DNA from: Tubulanus polymorphus
Taxonomy: Eukaryota > Animalia > Nemertea
Length of the DNA stretch: 64,000 nt
NCBI RefSeq assembly: GCF_964204645.1
Contig: NC_134031.1
Span: forward strand, 8,184,001 to 8,248,000
Reading direction: 5' to 3'
Shown here piece after piece: positions 43,601 through 58,600 of the stretch. The notes under the pieces were generated by a model. That model worked only from the letters and a program-made list of their open reading frames with translations, was not told the origin of the DNA and did not search any database. A program made the position numbers and the translations under genes. Numbering within the stretch: position 1 is the stretch's first letter; each line of letters begins with the position of its first letter.

Positions 43601-46600
43601 GACCAAAATCATCTTCAAACCATTCATGTTGCAATTGATCATCATCAATATCATGAACATGATCGAGATTCTCTAATCTTTCACGCAATTCCTCCTACAA
43701 AAAATGAAGAAAATTGGATTGATGGCAGCAGTGAAACAACACAGCAATATGAATAGGAATCCAAAAGTAGGAGTGCTAAAACACAATGGTCCTTCGTGTG
43801 TTATTCAGGTAAATAACTAAATCAATAGAAATTCACCTTCTCAATCAGACCTCTTTTATAGTTGAAAAAGGAGAAACGACAACTAAGTTAGCAAAGTAAT
43901 TGAATTGAAAAATCAAGAAACTAGGGGTCCAGGGACACCATGCCCACTTGGGAAGTAGTTCCAAATGCTCAGCAATCTAACAATTTCAATATTCAACGCT
44001 CTCTGGTGACCATATACAAAAACCAATGACCTTGAAACTCACCACAATCATAAAAAATGTCAGCAGCTACGATTTTGTAATTGATTGTGATAACAAAGTA
44101 TGCCTCGTTACCAATCTAATATGGAAATACTAAGTTATTCTACTAATCAACGCCCCTGGTGACCATATTCAAAACCCGATAACCTTGTAACTCACCACAA
44201 TCATAGAACATGTCATGAACTACAACTTTGCAATTGATCATGGTAACAAAATATGCCTAGGTACCAATATAATAAGGAAATACTAGGTTATTCTACTATT
44301 CAACGCCCCCTGGTGACCACATAGAAACTCACCACAATCATAGAACAAATTATAAGCTACAACTTTCTAAATCATTGTTGTAACAAAATATGCTTAGGTA
44401 TCAATATAATGTTGAATGAGTACTAATGACGCCAAGATGGCTGCCAATTGCGTCATAATTGGCTGATCAAAAATATCTGTCTCACGTATAAAACATCCCT
44501 TTCCAAAGAATACCCATCAGCAATTGCAATGAGAAATGGCAAACCAGTAGGAAGCTATAGGACTCAGAATTCGGGCCAAAATTAACATTTTTGGGCACTT
44601 TAAAGGTCCTAGGACGACCATCTTGAGCCCCATCGACGCAATTTTTGTTATGTTGATGGGCAATGGGAGGTTTCAAATATATACAAAAGATCAAGGTAAT
44701 TGATCAAGGCGTCTTCAAAATTTCCCTCAAAAAGTTCAAAAATGTGTAAAGTGCTGATTTTGGCGAACAACGATGGCTGCCAGTTGGCCATCTTGATTCT
44801 GACAGGGCCAGTTTTTGGGCTGAAGATGTGTCTAGGGTAGATACATGGACCAAATATCAAGACATTACCTTGAAGCGTCTTCAAAACTTCCCAAAATAAC
44901 TGAATTCCGTCTACGGACGGACGACAGACGAAAAGTGAACGCAATAGCCCACTGGGACTTAAATCCCAAGTGGGCTAAAAAGGTGATGATTCTATCTCTG
45001 GTTGATAAGTTAATTCTCCCTGGGATGGATGATCTGTAGAAAGCCAAATGCAATAGCTTGCAGGAGCCATGTATGCATAAGTACATAAAGAGTTAATGTC
45101 TACTACTTCCTTATAGAACTTACATGGCTGAAAGTTGCCTCGCCTAAAATTGGTGAAGTTGGTCGGGGAGGAACCTCTCGTTCTGGTGTTTCACCTTTGC
45201 CACTTTCATTTTCTTCTCCATCTAGTTCAGATGCAGGTTCTGATGTCTGCGATAAAGCAGGAGTTGATTTCTTGTCCTCAGACGGTATACCAGAGTCACC
45301 GTCCTGAGAGGAATCAATGCTTAGGCGGTCGATCTGCTTCTTACGTACTTCAAACATGTGACTGAGAGCTTCGTTCAACATATTCTGAGCAGCCGTGTCA
45401 GCAATATTCTGCGCATTTTCTTCACTACTATCAGCTACATCAGCATCAAAAACAAGACAGGAAGATTTTCATAACCCTTTGTTTGCAGTGCCATATAAAA
45501 AATACAGTTCAAAGGAATACATATTAATCAAGGTTGACTACAACACAATAGAGACATCAGAGGACACAGGCGTGCATCTACATAACATTAATTCTCAAGA
45601 AACTACCAGGTCTACAAACTGAAAAGTTCCTAGGGAGCTAAAAGCAGGAAATATATATGTTGGCATTTACTTTCAAAAGCAATATAAAGCTAGATCATTT
45701 TTGGATTTACATGGAACTCTCAGAAAATCTTCTGTGACTAGTGATATATTTGGGAGTGATGTCATATACATGTAGTGTTTTATGAGGACAACCGTATTTA
45801 AAAAACCTGGAATTGACTGGGTTCCCTTACCTTCTCGTGCTGCAGCAACTTCAGGTTGTTTTGTTAATGCAATATCTTCCAATTTCATTTCATCATCCTT
45901 CCGTTGTTCATCGAAATCTTCAACAGCTAATGCAGCTGAGCTTATCAAGCGGTCAATGTCACTTTCAGCAACTGAAACATCGGTAACTGACTCGTCATCA
46001 CGAGGTGTCGGTGGCTCTTCGTGCGCAATGTCAGCATTCAGCGATATTTCCTCACTTTTCTGAGACAAAGTTGGTACTGAGATTTCTTGAGGTTTAGCTT
46101 GTTCAACAATATCTGGTTCAAGACTTTGTAGATCCAGCGGTAGCAATTGGTGTGATGATGGCTCTTCGGTAAGAGTATGCTCAGAACTATCACTGTGCAA
46201 GTCTTCAACTTCTGATATTTGGCATTTTTCCATACTGTTTTGAGGTATGAATTTTGAAATTTTGTCAGCTGGTGCAAAAATGCCATGATCTGGCTTGCAT
46301 CGGAAATATTCAACACCATCTTTTGATCCGCTGTTTGTGCCATCAGGATGGTCTAACTCAATTCCTGCCCAATAACCTGGTGCAAACGCTGTCTGGCCCT
46401 TGAACTTCAACACACCTGCGCGAACTCCTCCGATCATTACATAATCACCAATTACGATTCTATCTTCAGAGTCCGATTTTTTATCATTTTCCATTGAATG
46501 TTGGTAGCTATGATCAGTAGAGGGCGATTGAACAGGTGTCAAAGCCTCAACAGGTTCAGCTTTATTTTCAACCTTTTCTTCGTCATGTTTTTCAGCAACA

Positions 46601-49600
46601 ATTGCGATGACAGAATCTTTCGATTTATCAGTAATACTCAACTCCGATTTCACAGACTCGCTCGCCTCATCATCGGACATCATGCTTTCACGGAGCCCAT
46701 CTCCGCCGGGACCAGAAACTTCTTCACTGCGCTCCGAGTGCGAATACGAGTCAGAAAAATCATCAGAATAATCTCCACTGATGGTTCGTGTAAGTTCTGA
46801 TCGTGGCGTTGTGGCATAAGAGTACGCTGATTTATTATCTTCCAGCTGTTCATTGCGCGGAAAATCTGTTTGACTCGTATCGACAAATTCTAGCGAATAT
46901 TCAGATTTTATTGATCTACCCGTCAGAGCTGCATCGGACTCACGAGCTGATAGCGGCGATTGTTTTTCTTCTTTCTCGTCTTCTTTTAATGATAGATTCA
47001 ATGATGGAATTCTAACATCATCGTGAACTTCGCTGACAATATCCGTTGCAATTGTATCACCATCCTCTACCACAGACTCAATTTCCTCGGTCTCAATGAC
47101 AACCTCTTCCTTGGTTTCAATTTCATTATTCGGGACAGAAGCCGCTGTTCTCACAACTTGTTCATTGTCTTTATGATCAGATAATGAAAGTTGTAAAATC
47201 GGCAGAGATTTGTCGATGGCACTTTTTTCACTAGCAGCAGATTCCTCATGTTGAGATTCTGACTGAATACTATCACTGACTTCATCTTTAATAATACCTT
47301 CAGACACTGAGATGACATGGGTCTGACCTGCTTCATTGGGTTTAGTTTTTATTGAACTATCATCATGACGTGAAACTTTAGTTATAGTCTCTGTTGTAGC
47401 AGAACTTGTTTTCGCTGTGGAATCACTTCCAGATGGTAACTCCTCTGGTTTTGATGATGATTTTACAACTGCTGGAAAAGATTATAAGTAAATCACTAAA
47501 TTTCCTGAGCTATTTTTTATCTTACGCACTCAAATTATGAAGAGAAACAGGAAATAATTTTAGAACCACATATAGAACCTAACATCGTATTGGTGAATCT
47601 AAGAGGTTGTCTTGATTGTATACATTCTGCTTATCCGTAAAATTATTTCTAAAAGAGGCCTTACCTTCATCACATTTCAGCTTGGCACCAATTTCTTGAT
47701 CGTCAACACTAGAACGACTGCTCTCTGATTTCACATCATTTTCAGTCGTTTCAGATTTATTTCCAGTTCGACGTAGACGTTTTGATTCAGCAACTTTTGG
47801 TTGTTTGATTTGAGGTTTAATGCTTGGCACAGTGGCTTCTGGACTGTCATATTGTTTCTGTAAATCTGCTTTCACTTGTTGAATATAAGTCTCGTAAGCC
47901 TAACATAATAAAAAATTAACAAATTGGTTGTCATCATTAAGTACTGAGTAAAAAACAGTAAAATATTAAACGATGGCCACTTCACAAATTCCCTGTGTTT
48001 CCCATGATTTGTCCATTTGATTACACAAAATTTCCTCAGTGAAATTGAGAAATTTCTAGCTTTCAAATTCTACAATTCATTCAATTTCATTGAATCATGT
48101 ATTTATTAAGAACCGCGCAGTCAATAGCATCATCTGAATTCCTTGAGTTTTCCAGGATTTGGTGAAATCTATTAAATTTTCCCTGATTTTTTTTCTTGAT
48201 TTTGATTCCCTGAGTTTTCCAGGTCAGTGGCCACTCTGTATTAACATTCAAAATTCATCAATTGAGAAACCACATAAGGGTAGAGTTGTAGGCTTATGTT
48301 CATATTCAATTACCGGTATAGATTTATTCACTTAAAAACTTAATTCGAATTTACACAAATCATGTCAGCTACGCTACCTCAACTTGTTTTTTCAACGATG
48401 CTTCTTGAGCTTTAAGACGATCTTTGTTGCGACGCCGTTGCTCCTTTCGAAATTTATTTAAACGTTCAGCTTCAGCTTTACGACGTTTGAGATCCTCATT
48501 CAAAGCTCGAACACGTCCTTCAACATCACTCTGATCTGAGGCAGTTTCTAAAAATATACATACAGAATTATCAATGATTACTACATAATACCATAATTCT
48601 AAATCTTGTTACCATGGGAGGTCCCTTCATGAATAAGTGTAATGCCTAATTGTTGACAGCAATTTTCGATTTCGATGTGCTGCCCTCTAGCAGGTATGGG
48701 CAAAAAACGGAAGCAAAAGAAGGCTAGAAAACTCATGGATTTTGGGAAGAAAAGCCAGAGCTCACTTGTTTATTAACCTTCGTTTATTGCTGGTTTATAA
48801 AGAAAATAAATCATTTTTGAAGCGTATGAAACGTGCATTTGGTTGATATTTACTTTCCTCGGACCCGGATAATCCACACTAATTCTATGAAGACATGTAT
48901 ATTTCTACACATGTAGTTTTGATTATACAAAGGGATTTAAGGCGATAATAATTCTTCTATGGGGCTGTTTTCAGGATTTCAAAAGTCATCTGTCCATATA
49001 TATATAAGGTTAAGGTTACCATCTAGCTTGTGGAGTACGTATCTATTTGAAACAGTAAGCATTACATACCTGATGGTGTATATGAAAAAGAATCCTCCGA
49101 TTCACTTTCAGACCCACGTTTTTTGGCGAGTAATGCTGCTGATCGGGGTGTTCTCGGTGATCGGGGCGTCAAGCTTTTATCACTGAGTCCAAGAATGGCT
49201 GGCTTGGTTTTAATGGGTTTATTTGCAGCTGCAGAACTTGTCTCTGCCGAAACAAAAGTATCATTTGAGTAATCCTCATGTATGGAAGAATTTTTCACCA
49301 AACTTTCATCCGCTGAATCATGATTTCTGCAATGAGAAGCAAAGGAACGTCATCAAAATGATCATATCTTTTTTAACGTAAAAAATAACAACCTTGCAAA
49401 AGAATTCTTGAAAATTCTTCAATTAATTACAGAATATTCTTGCAACCTCAGCAATTACTACAATAAAAACCCAGGCGCCGAAAGGTTCACACCAAGCAAC
49501 TATTTGTCAAAACTGCTGTCACCCAGTTTTCCACAACTATACAATAACTAATCGTTGATCTATAGGTCAATTATCTCCTATTAAGGAAAATGAAATCATT

Positions 49601-52600
49601 ATGAATATAAGAGTTCGCATAAGGATTTCAGAACGGTACTTAGTTGAATGGTAGACTGATGTGTCCTCAGTTTACGTAGTTGATAAACGAATCGCCCACA
49701 AAAACAAGAAGCATTAGAACAATAAATCTATTTATCATCAATTGTGGGTTTGTTTATTAATGGTACTTCATTGTAAACAATCCGTTTTAAGTTTATTGTA
49801 TTGTATTGGTACTATGTGTTCACAGCTTAAATTATTTGAGGCCTATTTGCGGCTTATTCAGTACGGTACCAAAAGTCACACGAAAGTTCAGCCCAAGTGA
49901 ATCTGCATCAGTACCCGATCCAAGTAGTTTTACCGAGTAGGCCTCGCATTTTCTGTGGTGTGGACGCAGATAATTAAGTGCAAGCCATGCATTGTAACAC
50001 ACTATGCTCAACCAGGGGATGATGAAGTTTATTCACTCGGTTCAAAGTTTTCAACATCCACGGTGTTAGACTGGCGATCAACTAATTGATGAAGCTTATT
50101 AATGATACCCGAGGCACGATTATCCAGTATAGAATTTCGGGCCAAAGTCATAGCTTCTCCAAGTGATATAACCAGAAAATCAGCCATGAATAAGAATGAA
50201 TGTCATATAGCAATTGAAATATCATCTTCCAAGCAGATAGTGCAAAATATATATCCTACACTGCTGCCCTGCCCATAAAACACTCCTTACATCAGCATCA
50301 CTGTAAAGAGCTTATCAGGTGCCAAATCGCGTGTGCATGCAATCGCTTTTACAAGACAGTTTTTTATAAATTGGATTACAGATACACCAGCGAACTTTTC
50401 TGGTTTCTAGGTATGTTAATGTTATATTTAATGTTATAGATATGAAAATAAACATTTTTTTCCACTGCCATATCATCTTTTGACATCACACACAAAAAGT
50501 AGTGGAGGACAATGCCTTTCTAATGAATATATTTGTTCAGTAAAGTTCAATGCTTTAAGAAAAAAAAAAAACATTTTTTTTCAAAATCTTTTTCCCCACC
50601 CCATTTATTCAAGTCCATCAAATCCGTAATCCATCTTATAACAAAAACTAAGTAGAATTCTGGCAAATACAGCACCAGATAAACACATTACTTCCTAATC
50701 CAAGAATCTTACTGTGAATGCCGGTATAGATTGACTGTTCAGGTTGGTTTTAGCGCAGGAGTTCTCTCCCACCTCCCTGGTCTTAGTAAGAATTAAACTC
50801 TCAGGTTTTTATGCTGCACTAATCAAATCAGATGCTAAGGTCTGGGTTCAAGGTTTTCTAGTTTCTCTTCATCAGACCATCATAAAACTGACATGATTAG
50901 AACCATCCTACACTTATTTACAGACAAATTTCTAGATTATATCGGGACAATGAGTCAAAATGAAAGGCAGATCTTAAATATATGGAGATATAACTAGCTC
51001 TTGATCATAATCTCTGAACTCTTGGGGTTGAAGGTAAAATTATAGCTTGAACAAAAGCAATTCATTCAAACTAATCCAATCAAATTCTGGGGTCTTCAAA
51101 TAAAGAATTGTCAGATATATAGCTCTTGGATATATACGAATATCATTACAATTTAGATGAGACATTGCTTTTCATCTCCAATGTTCATATGTATAAAGCT
51201 AGGGGCACGCAAGTGTATTGTTTCCCCTGATCACGACAATTTGAGAAAAGTTCAAAACATTTGCCATGTGCCCGTCGGCAACAATCTTTCAGGCTGACTC
51301 ATTCGCCCAACTGATCGCCCGTAATTGGGCGTATGAAACCGATTGTGTGCTTTATACATATTTGCATTCATCTATACCTCTATACCTGATCCCACCACTG
51401 TATTGAGCATCAATTGTCTCCTTGACTCTTCATGACCCCAGCTTTGATTGGCAAAATACCAAGATGCAGCTCAATCATTTAGTACATATTATCATATCAT
51501 GATTATCCTACTCAATTCAAGGTCATGAAGTGATTCCAAGAAATCATAATTTTCATAGATTGCACAATGAGACTCAGTCATACCAGGAACTTACTCATTC
51601 TTCCATTTACATTTTTGTATCCTAGCATCGATTCACAAGGTCTACCTTGACTTGAAAGGTGGTAAAATATTTACTGACTATACTGGTTCGAATACATAGA
51701 CCACCCCCACGTATATACACCTGTCTCACTCGTAAACATCACCATTTACTAAGAGTCAATGGAATTAGCCCAGCTATAATTAATATAAGTAATTGATGTT
51801 GTAAAATGCACAGGAAAATCTTTCTTCATTTTTTTGTGTTTCTACTACGATTTTGTTTCACCTTTGTATAAGTACATAATACAGTTTTACAGTGATTAAG
51901 GAAAGCTAGCAAAAGTTTATAGTATTTATAAGAATAATATAATTCTGTTCATAAAATATTTCATATACAAAGAGAATGAAACTAAAATCAATGGTAACAA
52001 TCGATCGCGACTTACTTGAAAAGCCAAAATAAACAACACACTGAACTGAACCACGAGTGTAAAATCCGCTGTAAATTTGTCATCTGTACTGCCATTGTTA
52101 CTCAATCGAAAATCATTGTTCAAAATGTGATCACAGTTCGTATAGATGATATAAACGATCGTCGTCGTTGCAGTATGCCTAGCTTAGTAAACTGAATAAC
52201 AGTGATGTAGGGCATATTCAACGACACAGCCTACAACAGGACAGCTAAGAACACCTGTTACTGAATGACTGATTTCCATACTTAATCGACAGATGTAGTG
52301 CCGAAGTTTGCAGTACGCAGTCACTACTCACAGTACGGCAATCAGCTGATGAACAACCCCGGCTATACACCGGTACACTGAATATCTTGGCAATTTATTT
52401 TTGGAAAAAAAGGAACTGCAATCATCACTCAGCCAAGGCTACACAATCTAACATACGAGACATTTTTCATACACCCAATTACAAATCATTTGTTACGTAA
52501 ACATAACTCAATAATGATTATGATCATTAACTTTATATACTTTTGTACGCAAACGTATAGAAAACATCATGAATATCCTATACAAAAAATAACTGCGATG

Positions 52601-55600
52601 GGATGGGCATTTCCATTAGGATGGAATACTAAATACAACAATGCTGTCCAAGGATATGTCACAATGAAACATTGTCAGTGTTGCAAAGATGATATAAAAT
52701 CCTACACTAAGAATAAAAAGAGTCGGGAATGTTTCATCATTTTCATGTGATACTCACGACTGACTTCTTAAAGTGTACTGAACCTGACTCCAATCTAAAT
52801 TCAACAATGCCGGTAACTATAATTGTGTGATTTCAAAAAAGCACTGCATCATCTCATAGAGAAGTGGTTACCTCACAACTTATTGTAGTCTTCATATACC
52901 GGTAGGCCTAATGAAAACACTTGATGTTGCTGAACAGCTGTGTGTGTCCTTTATCACAATATATCAATAATCATTATTATATATGGGAACAATTAAATTT
53001 CACGCATACACAGTCAGCTCAATTTCTACACAAATTCGTGGAGAATAGGATATTTTAGAAGATATTTCATTTAAAAAAAGCTCAAAACCATATGTACCGC
53101 CAACATTATCATGGGCCAATATCATTACAGGTCTACTGCTAAATAACAATAAACAAATGATTAAACTCTTCGCTAAAATGTGAATAGCAAAACATTTTTC
53201 GGGTAAATGAAAAGATATCAGTTTAGTTTTATACCGAGATCAATATGTAGGAATTTCTCGGAGCAATTCTTATTTTCCCACAGTACACAGGGTATATATG
53301 GTAAATACTGGTATAAGTATGAAAGCATTCTTATTTATTTTGGTCAAGTAATACTTCACGCATATTGACCTATCTCGTAGATGTTAAGATACATGCTCTA
53401 TTGTAACAAATATCATAGTCAGCGAAGTGTCTACACAATGCAATCAATTCTTGATATTTGATGACAAAATATAATGATAATCTTTATTCCCCTCCATAGA
53501 TTTTTACTTATTAGACATCCCCTCAAAAACTTCAATCTTAATAAAGAAGTTTCCAGTTTCTAGGCGCCATTTTGTGGCGGTCCCTCGAGGTCCCCATTGT
53601 TGCGATGATTTGCGCTCATTTTTAAAACATAAGTTTAGATTGAATATCATATAGTTCTGCAGCCCCTTGCTCGATGAACTTAAGTTATACATCATTTTAA
53701 AGGAATTGAAATGCAGATATTTGCTGGCGATTCTTGGAATTTTTGAACGCAACAATTGAGAACAGTGACGATGTGAAACCAAGGACCGCATATCTTAACC
53801 GTGCGTAAAAGAAACCGCAATATTTATTAATTTTGAAATATCTAAGTATCTCTTAAAGCTATATTTCCTATTTTTACAGTGGTTAAAGAGGGTTATTTGC
53901 AGTTTAAGCCTGCGTTAAAATCTTTTGATTATCTTTCCTGACGACTGATCTGTACCCGCCTGAGTTTGAGATTACGCGCAAAAGGGGTCTCCCACTGCGC
54001 ATTGGAATTTCACTGAACATTGAGATTTGCAACAAGAAATCTTTAAATGCAATTTGATTTCTTCACATTTTCCATGGGGATTTTTTGAGATGATAATCCA
54101 TATCTTGTTTGTACCATATTTTGGCGGGGCAATTCGTTTAGCTGGTTTCGGGATCCGGTTTGCTATTGAAGTCTGAACGGTCCAGTTGAGGAATTGTCGT
54201 ATACAGCCCGTCCAGCCTAGCGCCGATTTTGTGTTCGTTGAAATCAAACGTTTTAGAGTCGATGGTGAAATGTACCAGTCAATTTAAACGCTAAGGACAT
54301 ATTTAACACATATCTCTCTCTGGTAATCCCTCATTCTGGGATCATACGATGAATTTACTGAATCTCAACCTTCTGGTTGGAAAACATCGACCAGAAAACC
54401 TTACTGATATAAAATCCCAATATAATATTTAAAGGGGTTCATATCTGTCCCCCATTTGATATTCTGTTTTAGGGGGTCAACGTCCAGTTTGGCAACATTC
54501 AGCTGCGCCGCATATTCAAAAATATATACAAACTTAGATTTTTTCACTAGTGTCCAACCATGAGTGGTACATTCGGTTGAAACGCAAATTAGGTTCTCAA
54601 CTAGGCCACATTTGCGACCAACACAGAAAGTCCCCACTCTTACAAGAAATCCTTTAATTTCCCAACGCTACAAAACTCGAATTCATCAAAGCACTCAAAG
54701 TCCATTTTCAACCATATGAAAATAAAGGTAATATATAACCTTCAGAAGCAATATTGATAATTAAAAACCAGTATAAAATCTTATTTTTGCGATTTCTTTT
54801 CACAAATCTCAATGTTCAGTGAAATGGCGGTGCATAGTGGGAGATCCCTTTTGCGCGTAATCTCAAACTCAAGCGGGTACAGATCAGTCGTCAGGAAAGA
54901 TATTCAAAAAAATTTCACACAGGCTTAAACTGCAAATAACCCTCTTTAACCTCTGTGAAAATTGGAAATATAGCTTTAAGAGATACTTAGATATTTTAAA
55001 ATTAATAAATATTGCGATTTCTTTTACGCGCGGTTGAGATATGCGGTCCTTGGTTTCACATCGTCACTTTTCTCAATTGTTGCGTTCAAAAATTCCAAGA
55101 ATCACCAGCAAATATCTGCATTTCATTTCCTTTAAAATGGTGTATAAATTGATTTCGTCGAGCAAGGGACTGCAGAACTATATGATATTCAATCTAAACT
55201 TATGTTTTAAAAATGAGCGCAAATTATCGCAACAATGGGGACCTCGAGGGACCGCCACAAAATGGCGCCTAGAAACTGGAAACTTCTTTATTGTCATAAT
55301 GTTTAAGGGGTCATGAAGTGGTTTGGAAAAATATTTCATCAAAGTTGAAGAAAACTTGAAGCACTATCGTACAATGTTCATTTTGTTTAATATCACACAA
55401 ATTTTTGTCTGGCAAGGATTTTGCATGTATTAGTTACAGTATGCAGAGCTGCCAACCCCTGAAAATTGTTTTGAGGGACAGAGATCCCCATTTTTTGGGA
55501 CAGCCATCAATTTTCAGGGACATCCAAAAATTTCAGCATTTCAGCATTTCAGCATTTCAGCACACTATCTTGTGCCCAGGTGAAGAGAGCTGCATCATGA

Positions 55601-58600
55601 ATGAATGTTTCTTAAAATTCACTGTTCACGAACAGGAAATCTAACTCAATGCGTGGGAAAGTGAAGTACTGACTGCTAGCTCCACAGTGTTCACTTGCCA
55701 TATTATATCAAGCCTAGAGTACTGACTGCTAGCGCCACAGTGAACACTTGCCTTATTATATTCACTCGCGACGTATATCGATTACATACTGTTAGCGAAA
55801 AAGTGCCAACTTTCCATTAAAAACATTGAAATTGATAATAAATTGCCCATGGGCAAAGTGTGGTTTACCTTGAAAGCTAGAGGTTGTTTGGGGTAAGGGC
55901 ATTGAAAAATCTTTTTAATTCGTGACTTCAAAGTTCTACAAGTTTAAATATTGTATTTTATCTTTCTTAAAGGATTATTTTGTAGTCAAATAAGACCAAA
56001 GATATACATTTGTTTACAGTCCACATCCAAAATTTTGTAGGGTACAGGTAGGCGCGGCATGGAAACTATTTTATATTTTCAAAGAAATATTTTTCATAAT
56101 ATGAAAAAATATTCAAATAAAATTCATATGATGTCACATATCAGAGGGTGGCTGAATGTATGGCCGCGGAAGCTAAAATACCGGTGCAGTAAGAAATCGG
56201 CGTATTAGATCGTTTTAAATCCTGGAATTTACCACTACAATATTCAGACCTCGACCTATACCTATAGTTTGCTGCTTAGTATTTTCAGGTCACAAGAAAT
56301 TACAATTTATTACAAATTCTATCAAACAGAAAACACAGCGCTCTTCTGATGATGAAATGTCAAACGCGCCAGCAAGCAGCGTTACAGTATCACTATAGTA
56401 GTGTATACTGTACGCGCGTGTGTTTGTGTATGCAACAGTCTAATCTAATGATTTCCGTGGAGGCCTTGTGTAAGTAAATGTTCCCTTACACTTCAATGTC
56501 AATCAAATCAATCACCGGGTATTAAAATGAAACAATACCTATGGCGGATAATAATTACATTCTCACCAGTAATGAGCATTTGAAATTCGCACGTATACGG
56601 CACCTAGTCCAATGAAACGTTCGCCATTCTATGGCTTTCCCATAATTATTTCAGTAGCGCCGGAATTCCCAGTATATCCCAAAAAGAGCCAATCACATTC
56701 GCTCGTAGAGACAACGCCCCCCCCCATCGAGGTCATTGCAATTATATACGCGAGAGCTAAGAATTTTCCCGCCAAAAACAGTTTTTCGTAGAATTTTAAC
56801 AATGTTGGCCATGTCATCGACGGAGGTTCGCCATGTCTTCAATCGCATCGATTTTACGTCGTTTAAGCCGAGAACCAATGAAACAAATGCTCACATAAAA
56901 AAACGTACCGCGATTTTACATGAATTGGCTCAATGCCAACTTCATATTGCTGACAAAGGTAAACCAAAAACCATCACAATTTCCGTGACAAAAGCTAATT
57001 GTTTAATAATCCGTGACATTTTAATGCTTCACGGGACAACGGGACAAACGATGAAATTCCATTACTGTCCCGCAAAATGCGGGACGGTTGGCACTGTGAG
57101 TATGTATTTGAACAGCGTGTGTTTCACTTATGGAACTGACTGTTTAGTGACAAGAAGTGAATTCCACCAACTCATTGAAATTTATCTGACCTTGTGCACG
57201 AGAGACAGTGCCAGTAATCAACAAGCCTGAATTCCACGTGACATATCATATCGAAAAGACAAACAGCTGTTGACAAAAGTCTTTTTCACGTAAACCATGG
57301 CTACTGTTTGAACAGAAAGACTTATTTCTAACAGATAAATGAGATAATGAAAATGTTTACTGCAAATACATGTAGTTTGGGCTAGCTAGCAAAGAAATGA
57401 TTTACCACCTGAGAGACACAAGAAACACAACCATGTAAATATTTTCAATTCGATTCTATCGTTATCAATCATTAAATCATCTTACCCGGAGGTAGGAGTA
57501 CGTGGTGTTCTCGGCGTAGTGACAGTTTGTATCTCCTCAGCTACAGTGCTACCTGACCCTGTACCACTGCTACTACGATCCACAAATTTCACTGATTTTG
57601 ACTGAGACAGGACCTCTGGTATCGAAGCCTCACTCAGTGATTTCTGAGCTTGGATATGACTCTCCTCAGCAATTGAGCTCTCGCTTTCATAAACCACCTT
57701 TTTAGCCTGCACAAAAGATGTATAGTTCTTATATAGTAAATTGAATTTTGAAACTAGGAATGGAGTAAGGCACAAAATGCTTATTTGATATTCACATAAT
57801 TTCTTTGGACTATAGGAAGTTCTAAAATAAACTCACTGCAGGTTTTTTAGGTTTTGTGGATGTTTCTTGAGCAATTGAAATTGAGCTTTCACTTTCACTA
57901 AAATCCTGGGTCTCAGTCGTCTGCTTTTTGGGTCCCTTTCGTTTTTCGTCCGGTTCAAAAAGTTTTAATGCTTTCCTCTCCATTTTGTAGATATCCTTTT
58001 CTTCTTCATCAAGGCGTTTCTTCCAGGCAATCAAATCTTCCGCGTGTTTCTTCCTTTGTTGTAGTTTCTGTTCACGTACTGTCAGATATCTGGACGAAAG
58101 AAAATTCAAAAATCATTAAAATTCTATCATAGGATACATCCATCCAGTGGTCTGGATGGTGAAAGCCAGTCCGACATGAACATGGCTACCAACCTCAACT
58201 AAGTACTTTTAAGAGACAGCTTAAATATTTTCACCTAAATTTCATTGAAATATGAAAGAAAATTTCTAAACTGATCAGACCCTCAGGGCACACATTTCTT
58301 ATCTATCAACAAAGTTAATAATGGTTATGTTTTCTCATTTAAGTATTTGCAGTACTGTTCTGCATTTAATACCAACACTATATGAGTTATATGGGCCCTA
58401 CCCTAAGAATTCATTTCAACCATCCATAAAATTTTCTACCTGGTGGAATGAAACATTCTCAAGGCTGGCATTCAAATAACAACTAGAGGACCACAGGCCT
58501 TGCAATGTCTAAGTGTCAGATATTTTGCATAGTTAAAACTTCTTTTTATTATTAGTTGGATTATGGATTCGCCGCCAAATTTTTTCGATTCTAGGTATAG

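Noticed and set aside
43382-47015. Plus-strand ORFs overlapping CEP350 exons
   Set aside because: Antisense shadows of real coding exons with no independent support.
50825-50890. Minus-strand CTGATGA-AGA-GAAA-CTAG with GGTCTG/CAGACC pairing, considered as hammerhead, SECIS or C/D snoRNA
   Set aside because: No stem II or UH site for a hammerhead, upper helix too short for a SECIS and no selenoprotein nearby, and the C box is imperfect with no terminal stem.
52758-52794. 37-nt segment with AG/GT boundaries as an extra CEP350 exon
   Set aside because: It would shift the frame; the flanking exons (57486 and 49326) already join in phase.
53504-55316. Pair of near-identical ORFs on opposite strands (95 and 91 aa)
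   Set aside because: They are the two arms of an inverted repeat, run past the element ends and resemble no protein I recognise.
56736-57230. 164-aa plus-strand ORF
   Set aside because: Non-ATG start, crosses the end of a hAT-like element, no recognisable domain.
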